From Verrucomicrobiota bacterium (GTDB taxonomy: Bacteria > Verrucomicrobiota > Verrucomicrobiia > Limisphaerales > CANJSG01): a DNA stretch of 50,647 bases. The stretch spans positions 1 through 50,647 of the forward strand of contig CANJSG010000004.1 of NCBI GenBank assembly GCA_947476875.1. The letters run 5' to 3'. The first letter of the stretch is position 1, and the number at the start of each line of letters is the position of its first letter. Made by a program: the position numbers and the translations under genes. The notes below the pieces were generated by a model, which was not told the DNA's origin, made no database searches, and was given only the letters and a program-made list of their open reading frames with translations. Shown piece by piece: positions 38,304-47,826 of the stretch.

Positions 38304-41300
38304 ATGATCGAACCCTCACTTCGTCGGCAGTTGGAACCGGTCGCGCGCCGGCTCCGGATCGAACGCCTGCACCGGCGGCTCATCCGTTTGTGGCTCGTGC
38401 TGGGTGCGGTGTCGCTCGCCGCGATGGCTCTCCAGTTGGCCACGGGCGTCAGCTTTGCGGCGGTCGTTCCCTTCGTCCTGCTGGTCGGAGTTCTTGGCGG
38501 ACTTTTCATGGGGTTTGCCGGTGAGTTTTGGCAGCCGGACTACCGGGACGTCGCGCGCCGCCTTGAGGCCTTGGATCCCGGGTTCAAGTCCCTCCTGACG
38601 ACCGCCGTCGAGCAGCAACCCGATCCGGTGACGGGCAGATACTCGTTCCTCCAGGCCCGGGTGGTTCGCGAAGCCGTCGCCGCCTGCAGCGAGCGTGATT
38701 GGAACCGCTCCGTCGCTGGCTTCGGCCTTGCCGGAGTTCGCTTCGGCCAACTGGCTTCGTTCGCTTTCGCCGCGGCGATGACGTGGCTGCTCTATTCAAA
38801 CGGCTCCCTTCCCGGCGGTAGTTCCGTGGCGCTCATGCTCGAGGGCTATGAAGTGACTCCCGGCGACGCGCGTGTGGAAAAGGGATCGTCGCTCGTGGTG
38901 CTGGCCCGCTTCAGCGGCCGCGTTCCTGCGGACGCCGCGATGGTTCTGGAGCAGGCCGGAAACACCAATCGAATCGCCCTCAGCCGCAGTCTCAACGATC
39001 CCGTCTTCGGTGGAACCATCCGCGACCTCCAGGCGGATGGCGTCTACCGGATCGAGTTCGGTAGCAAAGTCAGCCGGAGCTACAAACTCGCGATCTTCGA
39101 ATTTCCGCGTCTGGAAAAATCCGACGCCGAGATCCAGTTCCCGGCCTACACCCAGTTGGATTCCAAGAAGGTTCCCGACACCCGCCGCGTCAGCGCCGTG
39201 GAAGGTTCAACCGTCCGGATGGAATTGCTCCTCAACAAGACCGTCCGCAGCGCAAGTCTGGTCGGCCCCGAGGGCACCATCGCGCTCGACCTCCCGGCCG
39301 GCCGGGCGGCTGCGCTGCTTCCGAGCATGGTCCTGACCCAGTCGCAGACGCTGCGTCTGGTGCTGGTCGATGCCGAAGGCCTGACCAACAAGATCCAGAC
39401 GCAGTTTGTCTTCGACGCGCTGCCGAACCGGCCTCCTGCATTGAAATGGATTTCTCCGAAGGGCGACCAGCGGGTTTCCGCCCTCCAGGAAATGGCCTTC
39501 CGCGCCGAGGCCAGCGACGACTTCGGCCTCGTTGGCTACGGCTTCAGCTTCATCATGCCGGATGGTTCCGAGAAGGAAGTCCGCGTGGCCGGAACCGGCG
39601 ACACGAACAATCTGAAGATCATCGTCCCGCCGAACGAGAAGAAGGCTTTCGACCATCTCTTCTCGCTCGAAGGCATCCCGGCCGCGGTCGACGACCTCCT
39701 CACCTATCACGTCTGGGCCGAAGACATCGGGCCTGACGGCAAGCTTCGGCGCACGCAGGGAGACCTCTTCCTCAGCGAGGTCCGTCCGTTCGAGGAGATC
39801 TTCCGCAAAGCCCCGCCTCAGGACGGCCAGAGCGAGCAGCAGCAACAGCAGCAGGAGCAACAACAGGGTAATGAGGCCACCAAGCTGGCGGATCTCCAGA
39901 AGCAGGTCCTGAACGCCACGTGGAAACTGCAGCGCCAGCTTTCCGGCACGCGGTTGCCGTCCGGCTTCAAGACCAACCTTTCGGTCGTCCTGGAATCGCA
40001 GAAGAAGGCGATCGAGCTGGCCGAAGCGATGAAGGAAAAGGTCCAGGACCCGCGCGGCCAGAGCTTCCTCGACACGGCCCTCAAGCAAATGGAACGAGCG
40101 GTGAAGGAACTTGGCGCGGCCAACAAGGATCCGTTCCGGCTGTCCGAGGCAACCAGCGCCGAGAACGCCGCCTACTCGGCCTTGCTGAAACTGTCCGCCC
40201 GCGAAACTCAGGTGACCCAGCGGAAACCCGGCCAGGGTGGCGGTGGTGGTGGCGGCGGCCAACAGCAGCAGCAGCTCGACCAGCTCGAGATGAACGAGAA
40301 GGAGAACCGCTACGAGACCAAGTCCCAGGCCCAGCAGGCCAAGGCGCAGTCGCCGGAACAGAAGGAGCAGCTCGACTTCCTCGCGCGCTTGAAGGAGCTG
40401 GCCCAGCGTCAGCAGGACATCAACGAACGTCTCAAGGAGATGCAGAACTCGCTCGAGGCCGCCAAGACCGAGAAGGAAAAGGAGGAGCTTCGCCGCGAAC
40501 TGAAGCGGCTCCGTGAAGAACAGCGCGAGCTGCTCGCCGATGCCGACGCCGCCCGCCAGAAGATGGAGAGGAACGACAAGAACGGCGAGCTGGCCGAGGA
40601 GCGCAAGAGCCTCGACGAAACCCGCAAGGACATGGAGAAGGCCTCGGAATCGCTCAACCAGGAGAAGGTTTCCGACGCGCTCGCGTCCGGCTCCCGCGTC
40701 GAGAAAGATCTCAAAAACCTCCAGGACGAGGTCCGCAAGAAAACCTCCAGCCAGTTCTCCGAGGCCATCCGCGACATGCGCGAGGAGGCCCGCAAGCTCG
40801 CCGAGAACCAGAAGGAACTTGGCGAGAAGCTGGCCGGCGAAAAGAAGCCCGAACGTCGGACGCTGAGCAGCGAGACCCCGACCGACAAGATCGCCGAGCA
40901 GCTCGGCCAGCAGAAGGCCGCGCTCACCAATCTGATCGGGTCCATGACCCAGGTTTCCCAGCAGGCCGAAGCCAGCGAACCGCTCCTTTCCAAGCGGCTT
41001 TACGACATGGTCCGCCAGCAGACGCTGAACAACACCGAGGACTCGCTCGACAAGGCCAAGCTCCTCGCCGAACGCAGCCTCAACCGCGAGGCGTCGCAGT
41101 TCGAGCAGCGCGCCCGCGAGGACATCAACAAGCTCCGCCAAGGCGTGGAGCAGGCGGCGGAAAGCGTTCTCGGCGACGAGGCCCAGGCGCTGGAACTCGC
41201 GCGTAAGGAACTCGACGAACTCTCCAATCAACTGAACCGCGAACTGGCGGCGCGCGGCGGCAACGGTCGTCAGGGAACGAACGGCAATGGCGGCTTCCTC

Positions 41301-42179
41301 CGCGACGGGTCATCGACCAACCGCGCCCGCGGCCTGGCCGGCGGCGGCTCCACCAATCGCGTGGGCGACATGGCTTCGAATTCTCGGGACGGCCAGCGGC
41401 AGCCGGGACAAGGCGAACCGCAGGAAGGCAATGATCCCCAGCAGGGCCAGCAACCCGGCGACCAGGGCAAGCAGGGGCAAAAGGGAAAACAAGGCCAAGG
41501 CAAACTGGGCGACCGGGCCCAGAAAGGCCAGCCCGGCCAAGGTCAGGGAGGGGAACAACCCGGCCAGGATGGTCAGAAGGGCAAGCAGGGACAGAAGGGG
41601 AAACAGGGCCAGGGCAAACAAGGTCAAGGCGGTCAGCAGCCTGGACAGGGACAGGAAGGCGAGCAGCCCGGTCAAGAGGGCCAGCCAGGTCAGGGCGGGC
41701 AAGGCGGCCAAGGAAACCAGCCCGGTGATCGGCAGAATTCCCAGCAGCAGCGCCAAGGCGGCCAGCAGCCACAGGCGCGCGATGGTTCGCCCGGATCATT
41801 CGATTTCGGCGGCGCCTTGGGCGGTGGTGGAGCAAACGGCGGGCCGTTGACCGGTGACAATTTCCGCGAATGGAACGAGCGGCTCAGCAACGTCGAAGAG
41901 ATGGTCGGCGACGCCCGCCTCCGCGGCGACCTCGCGCAGGTGCGCGACCGCGTCCGAGCCGTCCGGGCCGATTTCCGTCGCACCGGCCGGGAGCCGCAGT
42001 GGCAGATGGTCCAATCCCAGATTCTGCAGCCGTTGGCCGAGGTGCAGAACCGCATCGCCGAGGAATTGGCCAAGCGCGGTTCCCGCGAGGCTCTCGTTCC
42101 CATCGACCGCGACCCGGTTCCCGCGCAGTTCACCGAGCAGGTCCGCCGCTACTACGAGAAGCTCGGCCGCGACAACTGA
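38304..42179 (+). CDS. Large DUF4175-like membrane-anchored coiled-coil protein with Q/G-rich region
   Basis: N-terminal TMs; Ig-like segments (SDDFGL, AED); long coiled coil; GQQPGQ low-complexity tract; C-terminal DPVP..F..QVRRYYEKL; SD ggagg at 38291. Confidence 0.88.
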   Translation: MIEPSLRRQLEPVARRLRIERLHRRLIRLWLVLGAVSLAAMALQLATGVSFAAVVPFVLLVGVLGGLFMGFAGEFWQPDYRDVARRLEALDPGFKSLLTTAVEQQPDPVTGRYSFLQARVVREAVAACSERDWNRSVAGFGLAGVRFGQLASFAFAAAMTWLLYSNGSLPGGSSVALMLEGYEVTPGDARVEKGSSLVVLARFSGRVPADAAMVLEQAGNTNRIALSRSLNDPVFGGTIRDLQADGVYRIEFGSKVSRSYKLAIFEFPRLEKSDAEIQFPAYTQLDSKKVPDTRRVSAVEGSTVRMELLLNKTVRSASLVGPEGTIALDLPAGRAAALLPSMVLTQSQTLRLVLVDAEGLTNKIQTQFVFDALPNRPPALKWISPKGDQRVSALQEMAFRAEASDDFGLVGYGFSFIMPDGSEKEVRVAGTGDTNNLKIIVPPNEKKAFDHLFSLEGIPAAVDDLLTYHVWAEDIGPDGKLRRTQGDLFLSEVRPFEEIFRKAPPQDGQSEQQQQQQEQQQGNEATKLADLQKQVLNATWKLQRQLSGTRLPSGFKTNLSVVLESQKKAIELAEAMKEKVQDPRGQSFLDTALKQMERAVKELGAANKDPFRLSEATSAENAAYSALLKLSARETQVTQRKPGQGGGGGGGGQQQQQLDQLEMNEKENRYETKSQAQQAKAQSPEQKEQLDFLARLKELAQRQQDINERLKEMQNSLEAAKTEKEKEELRRELKRLREEQRELLADADAARQKMERNDKNGELAEERKSLDETRKDMEKASESLNQEKVSDALASGSRVEKDLKNLQDEVRKKTSSQFSEAIRDMREEARKLAENQKELGEKLAGEKKPERRTLSSETPTDKIAEQLGQQKAALTNLIGSMTQVSQQAEASEPLLSKRLYDMVRQQTLNNTEDSLDKAKLLAERSLNREASQFEQRAREDINKLRQGVEQAAESVLGDEAQALELARKELDELSNQLNRELAARGGNGRQGTNGNGGFLRDGSSTNRARGLAGGGSTNRVGDMASNSRDGQRQPGQGEPQEGNDPQQGQQPGDQGKQGQKGKQGQGKLGDRAQKGQPGQGQGGEQPGQDGQKGKQGQKGKQGQGKQGQGGQQPGQGQEGEQPGQEGQPGQGGQGGQGNQPGDRQNSQQQRQGGQQPQARDGSPGSFDFGGALGGGGANGGPLTGDNFREWNERLSNVEEMVGDARLRGDLAQVRDRVRAVRADFRRTGREPQWQMVQSQILQPLAEVQNRIAEELAKRGSREALVPIDRDPVPAQFTEQVRRYYEKLGRDN

Positions 42180-42243
42180 TCGCCGTCGCGATTGGCTGCG
42201 AAAAGCTGTTGCCTCCGCGCGGACGCTGGCAACCTTCTCCGCC

Positions 42244-43884
42244 ATGAAGCCTTCGCTCCGGTTTCGATCCGCATTCCTTGTTCCGGCGTTCGCCGCCTTC
42301 CTCGCGCTGGTATCCGGCTGCGGCCCACGTGAGTTGGTCATCGACCGCGCCGCGCGCGAACAGACGCTCATGATGGGCAACCATTCCGAGCCGCGCGATC
42401 TGGATCCGCAGATCCTCACGTCGCAGCAGGAATACAACATCATGATGGCGCTCTTCGAGGGGCTCACGGCGCCGAATCCCAAGGATCTCAGTCCCGAACC
42501 GGGTGTCGCCGAACGCTGGGATGTCGCGCCCGATCTGATGTCCTACACGTTCCACCTGCGGAAGAACGCGAAGTGGCAGAACGGCGATCCCGTCACGGCG
42601 AAGGATTTTATCTACTCGTTCCAGCGGATGCTTTCGCCGAAACTCGGGTCGGAATACGCCTACATGCACTGGGTGGTGAAGGGCGCGAAGGAGTTCAACG
42701 AGGGCAAGCTGAAGGATTTCACCAAGACCGGTTACTCCGCGCCGGACGACTACACGTTGAAGGTCGAACTGACCGGTCCGACGCCCTATTTCCTGGCGAT
42801 GATGTATCACCAGTCGTGGTTTCCGATCCATCGCGCCACAATCGAGAAGTTCGGGCCCATCGATGAACGCTCGACCCAGTGGACCCGGCCGGGAAACCAC
42901 ATTGGGAACGGACCATTCCGTCTGAAGGAGTGGAAGCCCAACCAGGTCATCACTGTCGAGAAGAGCCCGACCTACTGGGATGCCGCAAAGGTCACGCTGA
43001 ACCGGATCCAGTTTTTCCCGATCGACAGCCAGGATTCCGAAGAGCGCACTTTCCGCGCCGGCCAGCTTCATATCACGCAGTCGTTGCCGCAGGCGAAGAT
43101 CGACGTCTACAAGGCCGAGCATCCCGAGTTCCTGACGATCCATCCCTTCTTCGGCACCTACTTCTTCCGCATGAACGTGACCAACGGAGTGTTGTCCGAT
43201 GTGCGCGTGCGGCAGGCGTTGGGAATGTCGATCGACCGTGAAGCCCTCGTGAAGACCGTGGCCCGGGGCGGTCAGCTTGCGGCCTACAGCATCGTGCCGC
43301 CCGGGACCGCCGGCTACAACGCGCGCACGCAGGTGAAGTTCGACATCCCGGCGGCGCAGGACCTGTTGGCGAAGGCCGGGTTCCCCCAAGGAAAGGGCTT
43401 CCCGAAGATCGAGGTGCTCTACAACACCGACGACGGACACAAGAGCATCTGCGAGGCGCTCCAGCGGATGTGGAAGCAGAACCTCGGCATCGACATCTCG
43501 ATCGTGAACCAGGAATCGAAGGTCTGGCAGGACACGATGATGCAGATGAACTACCAGATGGCCCGCTACGCCTGGATCGGCGACTACCTGGATCCGAACA
43601 GCTTCCTCGACATGTTCCTCACCGGCGGCGGCAACAACCAGACCGGCTGGTCGAACAAGGAGTTCGACCGCCTCATCGAGGAAGCGGGCCGGACCTCGGA
43701 TGCGTCCAAGCGCATCGGGCTCTTCCAGCAGGCCGAAACCATCCTGGTGAACGAAGCGCCGACGATCCCGATCTACTTCTACACCCGCGTCGCGCTCGTG
43801 CGTCCCGAGGTGAAGGGCTGGGAGCGCAACCTCCTCGACATCCATCCCTACAAATACGTGTCGCTGGAAATGCCGACGAAGTGA
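42244..43884 (+). CDS. Peptide ABC transporter substrate-binding lipoprotein (OppA-like)
   Basis: Lipobox LVSGC; EPRDLDP, LFEGL, YTFHLRKNAKW.NGDPVTAKDF, NGPF, WIGDYLDP. Confidence 0.95.
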   Translation: MKPSLRFRSAFLVPAFAAFLALVSGCGPRELVIDRAAREQTLMMGNHSEPRDLDPQILTSQQEYNIMMALFEGLTAPNPKDLSPEPGVAERWDVAPDLMSYTFHLRKNAKWQNGDPVTAKDFIYSFQRMLSPKLGSEYAYMHWVVKGAKEFNEGKLKDFTKTGYSAPDDYTLKVELTGPTPYFLAMMYHQSWFPIHRATIEKFGPIDERSTQWTRPGNHIGNGPFRLKEWKPNQVITVEKSPTYWDAAKVTLNRIQFFPIDSQDSEERTFRAGQLHITQSLPQAKIDVYKAEHPEFLTIHPFFGTYFFRMNVTNGVLSDVRVRQALGMSIDREALVKTVARGGQLAAYSIVPPGTAGYNARTQVKFDIPAAQDLLAKAGFPQGKGFPKIEVLYNTDDGHKSICEALQRMWKQNLGIDISIVNQESKVWQDTMMQMNYQMARYAWIGDYLDPNSFLDMFLTGGGNNQTGWSNKEFDRLIEEAGRTSDASKRIGLFQQAETILVNEAPTIPIYFYTRVALVRPEVKGWERNLLDIHPYKYVSLEMPTK

Positions 43885-43891
43885 CAAAGCC

Positions 43892-45688
43892 ATGAATGTT
43901 TCTCCGATCCGCCAGCCGGTTGAAATGGTAGGGCGAAGGCTCCCGCCGAGCCGCCTCAACGCTTCTGAAAACCGACCGGTCGAACCGGCAACGCGCGAAC
44001 CCCAGGTGGGTCGAGCCGCGCTGCGACTCGACGGCCAGCCGCAGCGCGGCTGGCCCCACCTTCCCGCATTCTTGTCCCGCTCCCTCGCCGCCGTTCTCAC
44101 GTTCGCCCTCGTTCTTGTCGGCTGCGGATCGAAGGAGACCACCGTGCAGACCGGCGACCGCGACCAGGTCCTGCACAAGGGCAACGGAACCGAACCGCGC
44201 GACCTGGATCCGCACACCATGATCTCGGTCGAGGAGGACAACATCATGCAGGCGCTGTTCGAGCCGCTCGTGTGGCGGCATCCCGACACGATGGCTCCGA
44301 CGCCGGGCGTGGCGGAGAAGTGGGACATCTCAGCCGACGGCAAGGTCTTCACGTTCCACCTGCGCAAGAACGCCCGCTGGTCCAATGGCGATCCCGTGAC
44401 CGCGCGCGATTTCGCCTACTCCATGCGGCGGGCACTGACGCCGGAACTCGCCGCTGAATTCGCCTTCTACCTTTATCCCATCCGCGGCGCGGAAGCCTTC
44501 AACACGGGCAAGTCGAAGGACTTCACCACTGTCGGCGTCGAGGCCGTCGACGATCTCACGCTGAAGTTGACCCTTGCCGAGCCGACGCCCTACTTCATGT
44601 CGCTTCTGACCATTTCCACCTACATGCCCGTGCACAGCGCCACCGTCGAGAAGGCCGGCGGCGGTTCCCGCAAGGGAACCCTGTGGACGCGTCCCGGAAA
44701 CCACGTCAGCAACGGGCCCTTCACGCTCTCGGAATGGTCTCCCTCCAAGCACATCACGCTCCGGCGAAACACGAACTACTGGGACGCCGCCAACGTGAAG
44801 CTGGCCGAAGTGCGCTTCTACCCGATCGAGAATTCCGACACCGAGGAGCGCGCCTTCCGCGCCGGGCAGCTCCACCTCACCGCCGCGTTGCCGACTTCGA
44901 AGATCGCGGCATACAAGAAAGATGAGCCCCAGTTCCTTCGCACCGTCCCCTACCTCCGCGCGCAATACATCGGCTGCAACGTGACCAACGGCGTGCTCGC
45001 CAACCGTCTCGTCCGTCGTGCGCTCGGCCTCGCCATCGACCGCGAAGGCATCGTCAACACCGTCACCCGCGGCGGTGAAACCCCGGCGTGGTCGTTCGTC
45101 GCGCCGAAGATGGCCGGCTACGAATCCCGTGCGCGCCTTCCCTTCGATCCCGCCGCCGCGAAGAAGGCCCTGGCCGACGCGGGATTCGCCGACGGCAAAG
45201 GGTTCCCGAAACTGCAGATGGTCTTCGACAACGCCGAGATCACCAAGATCACCGCCGAAGCGATCCAACAGATGTGGCGCGCGACGCTCGGCATCGAAGT
45301 AGGGCTGCAGAACATGGAGAAGAAGGTCTACCTCGACCGCATCAACTCGAAGGACTACGAGCTCTATCTCGGCGGTTGGACGCCGGACTTCCCTGATCCC
45401 ATGGGCTTTCTCGAGATGTGGGGATCCAGCTCCACGGCGAACTACGCCGGTTTCCGCAATGCGGCCTACGACGACCTGCTCGCCAGGTCCGGCCGCGAAC
45501 TCGAAGTGCCCAAGCGCATGGAACTGATCCGTCAGGCGGAGGATCTGTTGACCGACGAAGCGCCGATCCTGTCGATCTACCACCACGCCCGCGTCTACCT
45601 CAGCCGTCCGTCGGTGAAGGGTTGGCATACCAATCCGCTCGACACGCACGCCTACAGCCGGGTGTTCCTCGAAGCCGGCGGCAAGTGA
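43892..45688 (+). CDS. Second OppA-like substrate-binding lipoprotein (tandem paralog)
   Basis: Lipobox LVGC; EPRDLDP, FTFHLRKNARWSNGDPVTARDF, WTPDFPDP. Start is ambiguous: ATG 43892 or TTG 44072. Confidence 0.92.
   Translation: MNVSPIRQPVEMVGRRLPPSRLNASENRPVEPATREPQVGRAALRLDGQPQRGWPHLPAFLSRSLAAVLTFALVLVGCGSKETTVQTGDRDQVLHKGNGTEPRDLDPHTMISVEEDNIMQALFEPLVWRHPDTMAPTPGVAEKWDISADGKVFTFHLRKNARWSNGDPVTARDFAYSMRRALTPELAAEFAFYLYPIRGAEAFNTGKSKDFTTVGVEAVDDLTLKLTLAEPTPYFMSLLTISTYMPVHSATVEKAGGGSRKGTLWTRPGNHVSNGPFTLSEWSPSKHITLRRNTNYWDAANVKLAEVRFYPIENSDTEERAFRAGQLHLTAALPTSKIAAYKKDEPQFLRTVPYLRAQYIGCNVTNGVLANRLVRRALGLAIDREGIVNTVTRGGETPAWSFVAPKMAGYESRARLPFDPAAAKKALADAGFADGKGFPKLQMVFDNAEITKITAEAIQQMWRATLGIEVGLQNMEKKVYLDRINSKDYELYLGGWTPDFPDPMGFLEMWGSSSTANYAGFRNAAYDDLLARSGRELEVPKRMELIRQAEDLLTDEAPILSIYHHARVYLSRPSVKGWHTNPLDTHAYSRVFLEAGGK
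43927..44061. repeat. GTAG REP plus a GTGG-type hairpin at the 5' end of the second oppA-like gene
   Basis: 43927-43955 matches the reverse complement of 18663-18691 at 28/29. Hairpin with outer aggtggg/cccacct (44004-44010/44055-44061) and a perfect 12-bp stem 44014-44025/44040-44051. Confidence 0.85.
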
Positions 45689-45709
45689 TCCCATCACTGC
45701 TTCGCCGTT

Positions 45710-46510
45710 CTACCCGGCAAACGGATTCCCCGCCGCCTTGGCCGCTTTCTCCACCTTAGGCCGCTTGAAGAGTGCCCACGGCACATAGACCCAGCTCACG
45801 AGGAGGTGCAGCGCCATCACCCCGGCCAGCATGGGCAATTCGAGAGCCCGTAGCGCGTAGAGGACGACACCGGCCGTCAGGATGACCGATCCGGTCATCT
45901 GGGCTGCGCCGGACAATTTCCACGAGCCGATGATCGTCAGTTCGCGGTCGGCGAAAAATGCGAGGAGGCGCACGGGCAGGAAGTAGATCGTCGCCCAAGC
46001 CGCCCAGACGATCATCAGCCCGGTCATCACGGCCAACGCGGTCACGAGGTAGACGAGCGGTTTCCATGCGCCCCATTTCGGCTCCAGCTGGCCGCGTCCG
46101 ATGGCGAAGGTCCACGAGACGTCGTAGGGCCGTGTGACGCAGCCGAGGATTCCGCAGGCACTGAAGTTGGTCGCGCCCAGGCGGACATCGAGATCAGCCG
46201 GCCTGTCGGGCACCACGGCCGATGTGCCGGACAACGAAATGCTCAGGAAAGGCGCGGCTGCAGCGGGTTTGGCCGAGCCGAGTCCGATGACTTCACCCCG
46301 GCTCATCACGGCATCTTCTGGAATCTGCCGGATCAATTCGCTGATGACAGGAGACACGTTGGTCGTGACGAAGAACACCATTGCGACGGCCGTGCCGAAG
46401 GAGAACAGGAGCTGCACCACGAACAGGCGCGTCAGTGACGCGCCGGCAAAGGCCGCCGCTCCGCCGGGAGTCAGCGGTTGCAAGGGTTTGTTGAACAGGT
46501 CCCATTTCAC
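45710..46510 (-). CDS. Hypothetical multi-pass membrane protein
   Basis: QPLTPGGAAAFA, several TM helices, LEPKWGAW, C-terminal GNPFAG. GTG start at 46510 assumed; frame is open to 46618. Confidence 0.75.
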   Translation of the reverse strand: MKWDLFNKPLQPLTPGGAAAFAGASLTRLFVVQLLFSFGTAVAMVFFVTTNVSPVISELIRQIPEDAVMSRGEVIGLGSAKPAAAAPFLSISLSGTSAVVPDRPADLDVRLGATNFSACGILGCVTRPYDVSWTFAIGRGQLEPKWGAWKPLVYLVTALAVMTGLMIVWAAWATIYFLPVRLLAFFADRELTIIGSWKLSGAAQMTGSVILTAGVVLYALRALELPMLAGVMALHLLVSWVYVPWALFKRPKVEKAAKAAGNPFAG

Positions 46511-46626
46511 CGTTCGGAATCGCCGCAGAATCGAAGCTCCGGGGCAAAGGAATTCTTGGAATGATGCTCCGCGAAGCCCGGAGTGATCTTCGGAATGCGT
46601 CGACAAACACGCCCGCACACCGCGGG

Positions 46627-47334
46627 CTACTTCGCCAGCAACGCATCCAGCTCGTTCAGCCCCGCGTGCGAGCCGATCTCGTAGAAGCGCGTCGTCACCT
46701 CATGGCCGGCGAGCCGGTCGCGGCTGAGGAGGTTCTGCAAAAGCTCGGCGAGATCGAAGGCTTCGCGGCCAGCGAACGGCTCGAAGGCGGCGGGTTTGAG
46801 CAGCTCCAATCCGTAGTCGATGTGGCGCATCTCGGGCTGCTTCGCCTTCTTGTCGTAGATGCGGATGCGCCCGTCGGCGAAGATCACGTTGCTCGTGTCG
46901 TAGCTGCCTTCGTTGCGGTAGACGGTCATCAATCCCTGCTTGCCGGACTTCAGGAACGTCTCGGCCACGGGCGCGAAGGGGATGGGCAGATACGAATCAC
47001 CGTAGAGGACGAAGAAGGTCTCGCCCAGCAGCGGCAACGCCTGGCGCAATGCGCCGCCGGTGCCGAGCAGCTTGGGGCCGTCGAACGAGTAGTCCACCCG
47101 CAGGCCGAAACTTGAGCCGTCGCCCACGACGTCGCGCACCATCTCGCCGAGGTAACCGACGCAGAGGACGACGCGGCGGATGCCCTCGCGCTGGAGCTGT
47201 TCAAGCTGGTGCTCGATGAACGGCCGCCCGGCCACGGCCACGAGCGACTTGGGAATCGTCTCCGTGATGGGCCGCAGCCGCGTGGCAAGACCGCCGGCGA
47301 GGATGGCGAGGGGAATGTCGGCGAGGCTATTCAT
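46627..47334 (-). CDS. Sugar-phosphate nucleotidyltransferase (HddC-like)
   Basis: ILAGGLATRLRP..PKSL, LLGTGGAL, YGDSY, FYEIG. Confidence 0.9.
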   Translation of the reverse strand: MNSLADIPLAILAGGLATRLRPITETIPKSLVAVAGRPFIEHQLEQLQREGIRRVVLCVGYLGEMVRDVVGDGSSFGLRVDYSFDGPKLLGTGGALRQALPLLGETFFVLYGDSYLPIPFAPVAETFLKSGKQGLMTVYRNEGSYDTSNVIFADGRIRIYDKKAKQPEMRHIDYGLELLKPAAFEPFAGREAFDLAELLQNLLSRDRLAGHEVTTRFYEIGSHAGLNELDALLAK

Positions 47335-47349
47335 GTCCTATCGTTAGCT

Positions 47350-47826
47350 TCAGTCATTCGGAACGGGCCTCAACAGGTTCAAGAACTGGGAGAATGATGA
47401 AGCGATCGTCATGAGAATCGAAGGTTCCTGTTCTCCGTCGTCCACTTCATGGTCCCAAAAAACGCACTGCCCACTGGCAGACATCAGTATTCTGTTTCCG
47501 AAGCCGTCGAGGGCGATGGGGAAAAATCCCGCCGGAATTCTTCCCTGAATGCACTCCCACTCATCCCAGAAGACCGAGGCAAGCTCCGACGACGGTTTCA
47601 TGGGTAGGATTTCGTCTATGATGATCGCAACGTGGTGAGGCTTGGCTGGAGTCCCGTTGATGGGAATCAAACCGAAATCCTTAAAGGTGACGCCGCCGGT
47701 CGTTTTCATGAACGCCACGTAGTCTTCAGGGAACGCAATCCCCACCGCTTCAGAAACGACCTCGATCTGGTTTCGAGACAGCGGAACATGATAGCTCCGA
47801 ACGAACTCGTCGCTGAAGTAGCGCAT
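47350..47826 (-). CDS. SMI1/KNR4-family (SUKH) protein
   Basis: IEVVSEAVGIAFPEDYVAFM..GG, FFPIALDGFGN, VFWDHE, IASSFSQFL; more AT-rich than its neighbours. Confidence 0.85.
   Translation of the reverse strand: MRYFSDEFVRSYHVPLSRNQIEVVSEAVGIAFPEDYVAFMKTTGGVTFKDFGLIPINGTPAKPHHVAIIIDEILPMKPSSELASVFWDEWECIQGRIPAGFFPIALDGFGNRILMSASGQCVFWDHEVDDGEQEPSILMTIASSFSQFLNLLRPVPND

Noticed and set aside
41400-41780. Repetitive DNA resembling a tandem array or CRISPR
   Set aside because: It is Gln/Gly-rich coding sequence with codon-level variation, no constant repeat-spacer period and no cas genes.
41854-42243. 5' extension of the first OppA-like ORF
   Set aside because: It overlaps the DUF4175-like gene; the lipoprotein signal starts at 42244.
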